Assembly (NCBI GenBank): GCA_964019335.1
Contig: OZ025652.1
Location: forward strand, 558,001-622,000
Direction of reading: 5' to 3'
Length of the DNA stretch: 64,000 nucleotides
DNA from: Diplonema japonicum
Lineage: Eukaryota > Protista > Euglenozoa: Diplonemea
Shown: one piece after another, positions 1 through 9,344 of the stretch
Numbering within the stretch: position 1 is the stretch's first letter
Layout: the number at the start of each line of letters is the position of its first letter
Notes under the pieces: model-generated
Databases searched by the model: none
Seen by the model: only the letters and a program-made list of their open reading frames with translations
What the model was told of the DNA's origin: nothing
Program-made: the position numbers and the translations under genes

Positions 1-413
1 ATGTAGCTCTCTAGAACGTGAACTACCTCCTCATACAGAAGGGACATGGGGTCCCTGCTCATCACCTCGTCGAGGATCTGCTGTGCGTCTTCCGCGCCTT
101 CTTCTAGATTGCGGTGTGCGGTTTTTAAGGCGACCTTTGCAAACTCCTCCGGGTCCGGTAGGCGCTCCAGGAAGAGCTTTCTTGAAGGGAACATCTTCCC
201 TTCGCCGAAGACCTCATCGTTCATCTTCCTCGACGTCATCTGGTTGATCGTGTGCAGCTGCTCCAGCAAACCCCGTTCATCGTGTAGGTGCTTAAACCGC
301 ATCTCTTGCTGCTGCAGCTCGTTCTGGATCTCTGCCATTCTTTTGTCCAACAAGGTCATCTGGTCTAACAACCCGCCCTCCGTTTCACCTCTCAGCATCA
401 GCTCATTTTCCAT
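1..413 (-). CDS. Hypothetical coiled-coil protein, 5' part (continues beyond window start)
   Basis: ATG at 413 preceded by an A-run; open frame MENELMLRGETEGGLLDQMTLLDKRMAEIQNELQQQ... runs to the window edge; absent from the ORF track because it has no stop in the window. Confidence 0.75.
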   Translation of the reverse strand, partial: MENELMLRGETEGGLLDQMTLLDKRMAEIQNELQQQEMRFKHLHDERGLLEQLHTINQMTSRKMNDEVFGEGKMFPSRKLFLERLPDPEEFAKVALKTAHRNLEEGAEDAQQILDEVMSRDPMSLLYEEVVHVLESY

Positions 414-763
414 TTTTTTTTTTGTCGTTCCTCCTCCTCCCCTCCCCCTTTGTTTTAATTGCTTTGCAGGGGACTGATATATATAAAAAAGATAGCAGCG
501 TTTTTTTGTTTTTGTTTTCTTTCCGTTGTTTTTTTTTTTTTTTCTCTCTTTTTTCTTCTTTTTTTTCCCGTTTCTCTTCTATGCTGAAGGTTGCACAGAA
601 TTAGAATTTGGTCGAGTTTTCCCAAAAGCCTTAAACCGTTTTCGACGAGGCTAAAACCTCCTCCTTTTTTTGGTTTACAATTTTGCAGAACGTTTACGGC
701 TTTTTGGAAAACGCAACAACCATATAAAAAAAAGAAGAACTCTTTGTGTTTTTTTTTATTGTG

Positions 764-800
764 AGGTATGCGTTTTTGCGCTCACCGGCCGTGACCGAGC
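764..800 (-). mobile_element. Solo copy of the LINE 3'-terminal motif (heavily 5'-truncated insertion)
   Basis: 28-nt aggtatgcgtttttgcgctcaccggccg at 764-791 is identical to 29851-29878, the end of the LINE fragment. Confidence 0.6.
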
Positions 801-840
801 TTTAAAAAAAATAAAAAATAAATAAATAAATAAATAAAAA

Positions 841-1291
841 AAAGGGGGGTCCGAATAATCCCTTTATTTGGGCAGTGGAGGGGGGGTGTTTGGGCTCCAA
901 AAAAAAAGAATTATTTGGAATACACTTGTTTGGGTTGTACTTATTTGGGCTGGAGGGCCTGCCACATGGAAAGGAGGGAGCGGCTTATGGTGGTGTGGTC
1001 CCTGTTCAAAAATGCAAAAGAATTGCCCATGAGTGCCCAAAACCAGGCGGAAATCGACTTTTTGGTCAAAAAAGGGGTGTATACATGGGTTAGGTAGGCT
1101 AGTACCCTGCACAGGCGGACTGAGAAAAACCCGTTACCACCATGTGACCCCCCGGTCCCCCTAAAAAAAAAAAAGAAAGGTGGTCGGGAATTATTTGGGA
1201 AATTTGGAGCGGAAAAATCTCCGGAAAAAAAAAGAATTATTTGGGAAAAAACACATTATTTGGGAGGGAATTATTCGGACCCCCCCCCTTT
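841..1291. mobile_element. MITE-like element with terminal inverted repeats
   Basis: aaaggggggtccgaataatccc (841-862) is inverted against gggaattattcggac(c)nttt (1266-1291); about six internal ttatttgg repeats near the ends; no credible ORF; no clear TSD. Confidence 0.65.
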
Positions 1292-2095
1292 AGATGAAAG
1301 TGAAAACAAAGAAAAATGAGTTAGACTTGACAGAGCTATTAGAAGGAAAAAAAAAAAAAAAAACAGGCGAAGGGGGAAAACGGTGTAAGACAGTCATATC
1401 GATAACTTAGTTTATAGAAGGGAAGATGGCAAGGGGAGAGGACAGGGAAGAAAAAAAAAAAATAATCAATGCAAAAACAGGTCCAAATTCATTTATTTGT
1501 GCCAGGTCCTCAACTTCAAAGGGTAGACATTGGAAGGGGGTCCCGATAGCAATAATAAGAGAAAAGGAATCCTGTTTTCGTGGGCAGAAGAAGAAAAAAA
1601 AAGGGGGGGGAAGGTGCGACAGTTTTGCAAGAATGAGTCCTATCTAAAGACTTATCTAAACAAAAGGTAAGTGGAACATTGATAAGGTTCCTTTCTTTTC
1701 CTCCCCCCTCTAAGTTAAAAGGACAAAAAGCTATTTGTTTGTTTGTTTGTTTGTTTGTTAGTTTTCAATAAATCGTTAATTTGGTCCTTTGGGGAAAGAA
1801 AAGGCTCGAAAACACACATCTCGTACGATACCCGAATACAAATAAAAGGGGGGGGGAATTGAAACCATCGAGCTGCTCATCAGAACTAACTTGCCGTCCT
1901 TATGCCAACAAATAAGACTTTTAAACCAAAAGGGTATTACAATAAGTAAGGCCGCCTTCAATTGCAATAATTAAACTCTACCTTGTTAGGAGGGCTTTAC
2001 ATTTGAGAAAGAAATAAAACCAAAAAAAACCAAAACGGCAAGTTCAAAACTATTATTTTCTTCTTCTTCTTCTTCATTCACATTACAAGACCCCC

Positions 2096-5000
2096 TCATG
2101 CATCGCTCAGCTCGATGATAAGGCTCTTGTGGTTGCCGAGATAATTCCTAACATCTGACGTGGTGTTCAACCCAAAGGTGTGTGTCCTGATGTTGGCCTG
2201 GCCTAGGCAAATGGTGTCGCCTCTGTACCAAGAGCGGACCTTGAGCTGAACGCCAGGAGGAAGTGCTACCTCACCGTCCATAGAGTAGGGGGAGTGGAGA
2301 GAGAGGAACTTGGCGTGCTTGGATTTAATGATGAAAACTGTCCCTTCCTTTTTCTTGGTTGTGAAGTCTTGCAGGTGGTCTATGGCCACCCGCCACAGTG
2401 AAGACCCTGACATGAAGGCAGTCCAGCAAACGTCGGCACCAGGCAGGAACAGTGACCTGTCGACACCCTCCACACCTAAGAAAAACTCTTGCGTGCACGG
2501 TTGCAGCCTCCCCATTGCACCCCCCACAAGGTTTCCAACAGGACATGGCAATTGCTTGTTCACTGCATCGTACAGCTCGGTCCCTGTTGTCATCAGCACC
2601 AGAGCGATCACCTGCAGCGGGCTCAGCTCTGTCACCCCCGACCCCACCAGCCCTGCAGTGTACACCTTTGCACCCCACAACCTCCCTGACATCTCCTCGC
2701 TGTTCAACAACTTCGCAAACGCTACACTAGCATCGTCATTATCCCCCAGCAGTGCCCCGCACCCTGTCTTAACGTCGTTGATGCGTGCAGACATCCTGTG
2801 CACGATGCCTGACGTGGGCGGCATGGGTGGTGGGTTGTGCGGTGGAGATGCTGTGTACAGGATCTGCGCTGCCAACGACGACATCTTCGAAGCAGCTTCC
2901 AAGCGTGCAACTGCATTCCTCGTGAGAAGGGGCGTCACGTCCTTCACCAGGGTCTTGATCTTCGCGTTGCGATTCCATTGTGCCCAGAACGCCGCGTCAA
3001 GGCCGATGCAAGACTTCAGGCTAGGGTCCGCCCCCATTTGCACAAGAGTGCGCACGACATTTACTCTGCCATTGATAACCGCAGCAGCCAGGGCTGTGGA
3101 ACCATCATTGCTCTTGACATCGATGCAGGACTGCGGAGTCCTCCCTCCCACAACACCAGTGTTGGCAGCCAGCACTCCACATGCTTCCTTCTCAGCTTCG
3201 CCAAAACCACCTTTCGCGAGGTCCATAAGGGCGTTGAGGAGGGGGTCTGTGATGACGTCCTGGATGTCCTCCTTTCCTCTAGAGTATCCGGTGGCCGTGG
3301 TGTTGGTGCTGTCCATAAGAGTGGGGTCACCTCCGTTGGCAACAAGCAGTCTGATGAGCGACAGATTCCCCTGCAGCACAGCTACGTGCAGAGGGGTGCG
3401 GTCCTCAGCATCTCTGGAGTTCGGATTGGCGCCCAAGCTCAGAAGCATTTCCGCAGCAGCAATGCGGTTGTAGTAGGCAGCCAGATGAAGGGGCGTGGCA
3501 CTAGGGAGAATAGCGTTCGTCGCTTCTGTCTTGTCTTCCAAGGCGAAATCGTACTCATGGAGTGTCTTAATGCAGAGCGGCTTGTCGGCCTCTGTTGAAG
3601 CAAGCATCGCATCGAAGCCGTCGATCTCTGCCTTGTGTCGGACGATGCTTTCCTCCGCCAGGTTCAGGAACATCTCCAAAATCTCGTGCTGCCCGTTTCT
3701 GCAACACAGCAAGATAAGCGTGTCACCGTTCGTGTTGAAGTGGTCCACGCTTGCCCCTCTTGCGAGGAGCATTTCTGCAACCTTCTTGGGCCCCCTCTGG
3801 CACACAGAATACAAGGGGGGATTGCCCTTCAGGTTGGTCTTGTTAGGGTCGGCGCCTGCATCCAGCAGAGCCTCCATTATACAGGGGTACACCTTGTTGG
3901 TGGAGATCCACAGAGGCGTGTTCCCCAAATGGTTCACTTCATCCACCCCGCATCCTCTGCCAAGGAAGTACTTTACATGCGGGAGGGAGCCTTTCTCAGC
4001 GCTCTTAAAGAGAGGCCCCTCGCCGTCGGTATTGACCTCGTTGCACAGCTCGGGGGAGTTGTTGACGAGAAGCTTGCACAGATCGAGATACTTGGATGTC
4101 TCGGGGTCATCGGGCTTCCTTGGTATGCAGTGTGCGAGAAGCATGTCAATGTCAGGCTTGGCGCCATCGTCCTTCAAGAGCATCCGCACGTGGCGGTGCA
4201 TCTGTTTCTCTAGGCAGACAGAAAGGTAATTTTGTGCATCAATCTCGATCCCTGCACCTGCTGCGGAATCGTACTGGAAAGCGATGAAATCGGGCGTCAT
4301 TTGTGAATCAACTTTGCTGAAGTCCGCCCCGCTTTCGTCAAGGATGGCTGCAGTGGCGGTGTATCCCCTGTCAACCGCGAACTCCTTTAAACCGTTGGCA
4401 CGGCCAGCAGGGATCGTTGCACCGTGTTTGAGTAGTACTTTTAGGGACTTCCAGAAGCCTCTCCCCTTCACAGCTAACGTCGCAGGAGTCTCACCATTGT
4501 CGTTCTCAGCTTCCAGATCAAGTACAAAATGTCCTAATAGCGTCTCCATCGCCCTGCACTGCCCACTGTACGCTAGCAGGTGAAGTAGGCTGTTGCCGTC
4601 GTTATCCGTGTGCTCGCAATCAGACAAGGCCACTTCACTCACAGCAAAGGGCACGCCATACTCCGTCGGGTTGTCACACATGCACGCCTCCTGCACCTCG
4701 TTCCTTTCCTTCCCCGTGTTGTTGAATGTGTACCTCACTGGGCACTCCTTCACACGTACCGTCACCCTTTCAGGCTCCATCACTACTACTTCCTGATCCC
4801 TTCTGTCAGGCGGAGCCTGGGCCGCCTTCTTGCTCTTCACAACGGTGTTGAACTGGCTACCGAACCTAGCGTCGCCGATCAGCCCCAAATTAGCCGCCTT
4901 CCCTTTCTTCATGCTCTTTATCTGCTCCAGAAGCTTCACAATTGTGTCTCGCGACCCTTCAGCGACCAGCCCTTCAAGGCTAGCAAGCCGTTGTTGCAGC

Positions 5001-6307
5001 AGGCAGAGGTGCAGGTTCACAACCTTCGGATGCTTTCCAGTGGACTCGGCCAACGCCAGAAGCTCAGTAGCGATGGCATCGACAGACTTGGCGTGCCACT
5101 TGACGAGGATGGCCTTCTCATCTTCTTCAGGGACATCGAGGACGGTGAGGGGGATGGTTGTGTCACCCAGTAGCGGGCAGTGCACCGTGACGGTGGGTGG
5201 ACATGTCTCGAGGGCATTGAGGTCAAGCCATTCCTTGTGTTCACCGTAGCCAGAGCTGTCGACGGTCAGCTGCGCGGCTAAAGTAGAGGTAAGAGGGTCG
5301 TAAGAGCTTGACAGCAACGGCAGGGCAGCGGTGAGCTTAATGGCGATGGTGGACCCCTTGGAGCTCAGCTCGAACAGAGACTGCAACTTGTTGCACAGAG
5401 CGTCCTCTGCCTCAGACGGTTCAGTGTATCTAAAGGTTCCCGGTGCAGTGCCTGCGTGTCTGAGGTCCTCCAGGAACGCCCTGTCACAGCCGCCGCTGAA
5501 CCCAACAGAGTGCACTGTGACGGGGGGGCTGGGCCGACCCAGTCGTTGCCATCTCTTCACCCATGAGTCCTGGATGTTTGTTTTGAACATCTCGGCAAGG
5601 CCTGCACTCCCTCCGCTGGCCTGCCCGTCGGTCAGGAAGACCAGCTCGACGGAGCCGAGGTCGCTCCCGACGTTCCTCTCGAGCACGGCTTTGACTTCGT
5701 TGAAAGCGTTCTGGAAGTAGGTGCCGCCGCCAGCACGCAGGTTACGGACAGTGCTCTCGAGGTGCCCCGTGAGGGTGGTGGCGGTGCTGTCGTAGGCGAT
5801 GATCTCGGTGGTGACGACCTTGCTGGTGGAGGACACGGCAATGATGTGGTAGAGGGCTGCTTGGACTTGTGACCAGGGCCGCCCGGCCATGCTGCCGCTC
5901 TTGTCGACAACGGCGATGAAGAGGGAGGGCGAGGGCTCGAAGGTGGTGTTGCTGAGAGTCGTGTGGAGGAGTCCAATGGGAGCGCTGCGCAGCTTCATGA
6001 CCGTAGCCTCGAAGTGGTCCTTCGGTGGAGTGCTTGTTGAAGGTGGATGGGTCCTTGCGGCGCCATGCTGCCCGGACACAACCTGATCAACAAGCGAGGC
6101 CAGCACGACGTTCCTTGCAGCGTTCTCCACATCAAAATCATCGATGTCTGCATTGCAAGCAGGGCACCGACCCTCTCCACGCCTTACGGTGAGGTGCTCC
6201 ATCAGCCCCCTCCTCGAGAAGGCCTTCCCACAGCAGGGCACGCTCACGGGGTCGTCTAACACCTCCAAGGTGATGGGACACATCAGATCAGACAGAATGC
6301 TGTTCAT
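2096..6307 (-). CDS. RING/U-box - vWA - ankyrin repeats - C-terminal ADP-ribosyltransferase-like domain protein (~1403 aa)
   Basis: Start MNSILSDLMCPIT; CPITLEVLDDPV..CC..CPAC; vWA MIDAS VVDKSGSM, GGT, VFLTDG; many TPLHxA ankyrin repeats; C-terminal W-x-x-F-x-S-x-S...GTVFII...S..DGEV pattern. The ORF-track N-terminal extension is homopolymer sequence. Confidence 0.85.
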   Translation of the reverse strand: MNSILSDLMCPITLEVLDDPVSVPCCGKAFSRRGLMEHLTVRRGEGRCPACNADIDDFDVENAARNVVLASLVDQVVSGQHGAARTHPPSTSTPPKDHFEATVMKLRSAPIGLLHTTLSNTTFEPSPSLFIAVVDKSGSMAGRPWSQVQAALYHIIAVSSTSKVVTTEIIAYDSTATTLTGHLESTVRNLRAGGGTYFQNAFNEVKAVLERNVGSDLGSVELVFLTDGQASGGSAGLAEMFKTNIQDSWVKRWQRLGRPSPPVTVHSVGFSGGCDRAFLEDLRHAGTAPGTFRYTEPSEAEDALCNKLQSLFELSSKGSTIAIKLTAALPLLSSSYDPLTSTLAAQLTVDSSGYGEHKEWLDLNALETCPPTVTVHCPLLGDTTIPLTVLDVPEEDEKAILVKWHAKSVDAIATELLALAESTGKHPKVVNLHLCLLQQRLASLEGLVAEGSRDTIVKLLEQIKSMKKGKAANLGLIGDARFGSQFNTVVKSKKAAQAPPDRRDQEVVVMEPERVTVRVKECPVRYTFNNTGKERNEVQEACMCDNPTEYGVPFAVSEVALSDCEHTDNDGNSLLHLLAYSGQCRAMETLLGHFVLDLEAENDNGETPATLAVKGRGFWKSLKVLLKHGATIPAGRANGLKEFAVDRGYTATAAILDESGADFSKVDSQMTPDFIAFQYDSAAGAGIEIDAQNYLSVCLEKQMHRHVRMLLKDDGAKPDIDMLLAHCIPRKPDDPETSKYLDLCKLLVNNSPELCNEVNTDGEGPLFKSAEKGSLPHVKYFLGRGCGVDEVNHLGNTPLWISTNKVYPCIMEALLDAGADPNKTNLKGNPPLYSVCQRGPKKVAEMLLARGASVDHFNTNGDTLILLCCRNGQHEILEMFLNLAEESIVRHKAEIDGFDAMLASTEADKPLCIKTLHEYDFALEDKTEATNAILPSATPLHLAAYYNRIAAAEMLLSLGANPNSRDAEDRTPLHVAVLQGNLSLIRLLVANGGDPTLMDSTNTTATGYSRGKEDIQDVITDPLLNALMDLAKGGFGEAEKEACGVLAANTGVVGGRTPQSCIDVKSNDGSTALAAAVINGRVNVVRTLVQMGADPSLKSCIGLDAAFWAQWNRNAKIKTLVKDVTPLLTRNAVARLEAASKMSSLAAQILYTASPPHNPPPMPPTSGIVHRMSARINDVKTGCGALLGDNDDASVAFAKLLNSEEMSGRLWGAKVYTAGLVGSGVTELSPLQVIALVLMTTGTELYDAVNKQLPCPVGNLVGGAMGRLQPCTQEFFLGVEGVDRSLFLPGADVCWTAFMSGSSLWRVAIDHLQDFTTKKKEGTVFIIKSKHAKFLSLHSPYSMDGEVALPPGVQLKVRSWYRGDTICLGQANIRTHTFGLNTTSDVRNYLGNHKSLIIELSDA

Positions 6308-6646
6308 GTTTGGGGTGTGTGTACTCTTCCCTTGCTGAATGAATGACTGACCGCCTTGAAGAAACCGCAGATATAAGAATACTACCAAAACACTGAAACG
6401 AGAGAAGAAGCCAGGCGGAAGAAAAAAAAAAAAAAAACGAAGAAAAAAAAAAACAACCTTCTTTTGCTTGTGCGTGCAGACAAAACAAGTCATAACAAGA
6501 ACACACTTTTTTTTTTTTTTTTTTTTTAAAATAGCCATCTTCTCTCTTTTCTTCTTCTTTTTTTTTTAAATACCCCCAGACAAAACAAACCAAAAAAAAA
6601 AAAAAAAAAAAAAAGAAATACTTCTTTTTTTTATACCATCACCCGC

Positions 6647-7089
6647 CTAGATTAGTTTCTTCTCGCGGAAGTACTTCTTCATGTGGCTGACTTGCCACAA
6701 GCCGAAAAGGAAGAAAGAGGTCATTGAGGTGATGGTGATCCACATGGCTCTGCTGTTCGTCGACTGTAATTTTTTTTTCTTTTTTTTTTTCCCCTCCCAC
6801 ACCTCGGACGTGTCCCTCATATCGTGCTCCCGTTCTTTGAAGTACTGGTATTCTGCGTGAATCGCTCTGTTGTGTTGTGAAACATTTTATTTTATTTTAT
6901 TTGAGTAACAACAAAACAAAATCCAATTTTCTTTTCTTATTTTTTTTTTTTTTTTCTAAATACCTTACAGTGTCCTCCATCATTCTAAGGTTGACCTCAA
7001 TGGGCTTAAGATGCTCAACCTTCGCGATTTGCTCGTAATCGTGGGACTTAGCTCCTTCAAAAAGGTCGAACTGGGCTTGTGTTTGGGGG

Positions 7090-7128
<39 letters not shown>

Positions 7129-7458
7129 CGTAATGTCACGAGAAAGAGTGGGCGAGTACACAGAGCCTTGGATCATACGGTTGTAGAAGCAGATGGTGTG
7201 GTCGCCAGCGGAGGTTGTAGTCAGTGCATAGTCGCCACCATCCTTGCCCTTGAGCTCGTGGATTACCGTCCCTTGAGGGTTTGTGATCCTCACATCAATG
7301 AATTGTGTGTAACCCGATGTGGCACTCCATTTACCAGAGAATTCGTAGTCATGAGGCAGTTCCTCGTGGAAACATTTGTAGTCCCTCGCAGGTAGGGTAA
7401 AGGTAAACCCTTCCGCCAGGCACACCACAGCTACCAACAGCACAGTTGTTCGCATCAT
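6647..7458 (-). CDS. p24/emp24/gp25L (GOLD domain) cargo receptor, 4 exons
   Basis: Exons 7458-7129, 7070-6964, 6866-6803, 6763-6647 splice in frame via GT-AG introns: signal peptide, GOLD (KCFHEE..ICFYN), coiled coil, TM, C-terminus HMKKYFREKKLI. Confidence 0.9.
6764..6802 (-). other. 39-nt GT-AG intron (p24 intron 3)
   Basis: gtgtgg...A-run...ttacag; removal restores RDTSE|STNSRA. Confidence 0.85.
6867..6963 (-). other. 97-nt GT-AG intron (p24 intron 2)
   Basis: gtattt...caacag; removal gives EDTVR-AIHAEY. Confidence 0.85.
7071..7128 (-). other. 58-nt GT-AG intron (p24 intron 1)
   Basis: gtattt(T-run)...cccag; removal gives SRDIT|FDLFEG. Confidence 0.85.
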
Positions 7459-8410
7459 GAAACACACCTGAAGAAGAGGTATACAAAGCAAAGGAGACAG
7501 GGGTAAAAAAAAAATTAAAATAAAAAATAAAGAATTGAAGAAGTATACTCTGTATCCCCCCCCCCCCCCCCCCCCCCTCCCCCTCATTTTTGATGATTCT
7601 TATTATTACTCTGAGGGGAAAATCCTGTTTTTTTTCTTTCTTTTTTCGTTTCCGCCAAAAAAATGAAAAGATGGGGGGGGGGGGGGGGGGGGGGTGAGTT
7701 TCTCCTTTTTGTTTTTGTTTTTTCTCCTTCCGACGAAGGTAAAAAAACAAGGAAAACTACGGGAAAATTACACACACAGTTTTAAGACACAGTGGTGCCG
7801 GTAGCAGCGAACGACCAAGCATCTGGAGGGAGGAGTGAAACAAAGAGAGGGACAAAAAAAGGGGTGGAGGGGATGAGAGACAGGAGAAGGGAGAGATGAA
7901 CGAATTTTTCCTTTTCTTTTTTGAAAATTGAAATCTTCGATTCCCTCTTTTTTTTTTCTTTCTTTTTTTTTTTTTTTTTTTTTTAAATTCGCTCCCGAAA
8001 AAAATTCACAATGGGGAGCTTGTTGAGTAGCTGCAACAAACCACCACCCCCTCCCAACTATTTTTTTTTTTTTTTAAAAAAAAAAACTTCCAAGCTGCGT
8101 TCTCATGAAATTTTGGCTTAAAATGTAAATCATTATTGCACGTTCAGGTGAAAGACGCCTTGAATTTTGAGGTAGGCATCCTTCAAAGTTGGCCTCAGGC
8201 TCACATTTCATTCGAAAAGCAGCTTGTCAGAAAATAAGAAGATGTATTTATGAAAAATCAGACAGATGTCACTTGTGGGGGACACTATTTTAACGAGTTA
8301 AAAGAGACCCCACGCGTGAAATCAGGTAACCTGATTTTCCATAAATAGTTTTTGCAGGGCAGCACTGACAAGGTAAGAAATGCAAGGAGAGTAAACAATA
8401 AAGAAAATAA

Positions 8411-8500
8411 TCTTTTATGACTATGTGTCTTCGTTGTTCGCACGAGCTAAAAAAAAAAAAAAGAAAAAAAAAAAAAAAAAGGCTTTTAAAAAGCTGCGAA

Positions 8501-8534
<34 letters not shown>

Positions 8535-8585
8535 CAGCACAAATTGCATATAGTTATAAAAAATCATTTTTTTTTTTTTTGAAAG
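8411..8585. repeat. Dispersed ~110-175 nt repeat, copy A (homopolymer-expanded)
   Basis: Colinear similarity to 15200-15313: tttatgactat..gtctt.gttgttc.cacgagc / ttttaaaaagc.gcgaaa / tgctc.gcacaaattgcatata.ttataaaa. Confidence 0.75.
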
Positions 8586-9344
8586 ATAAATGTTTGTAAC
8601 AAAAAAAAAAAAAAAAAAAAAATCGATAAAGTTCCAGTGTGCATGGGGCTCACTGTAAAAAAAAACAAAAAAAAACAAACAAAAAAAAAAAAACAGTCCT
8701 GGGCCGAGTGTAGTTGATGGACTTTTTGCAATTTTTGCACAAAAAAAAAAAAAAAAAAAAAAGTTCCTTGTTTCTTACCAAAACCAGTAGTGCCCCTTGT
8801 CAGGAAAAAATGAAACAAACAAACAAAAACAAAAAAAAACTTAAGACGCAGCGGGCCACTATATCAAAAAAGGAAGAAATAAAGAAGAAGTAAAGTGTAC
8901 GCACTCACAAGAAGGGAGGGAGAGAAGGAGAAAAAAAAAAGAGAAAAAGAAAACAAAAGCATGACATGTGAGTGCAGCGGGCCCAGTTGCGCCTCATTGA
9001 TCATGATATCGCTCATTCGCTGTCGAGAAAAAAAAAAAAAAAAAGAAAAGGGAAAAAAAAAAAAAAAACATGCAAACGCGCGTGGAGACAAACCGAAATC
9101 AAAAAAAAAAAAACAATAAAATGACATTTACACGGTTTTTTTTTTCCTTTCTTTTTCTTCTTTTTATCCTTCTGTTCTTTGCTTTTTTTTTTTTTTTCCA
9201 TACTTCTTTTTCGTGGACTCTTTTTCTTCTTTTAATTTTTTTTTTTTTTTTTCGTTTTCCGGTTCTTTACTTTTGTGTACACCAATGAATGTAAATCTAT
9301 GGCAGGGAGGAGAGAAAAAAAAAAAGGAAAAAAAAAAAAAACTT

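Noticed and set aside
7584-9340. Numerous poly-Phe/Lys/Pro/Gly ORFs here and in other intergenic regions
   Set aside because: Translations of homopolymer tracts
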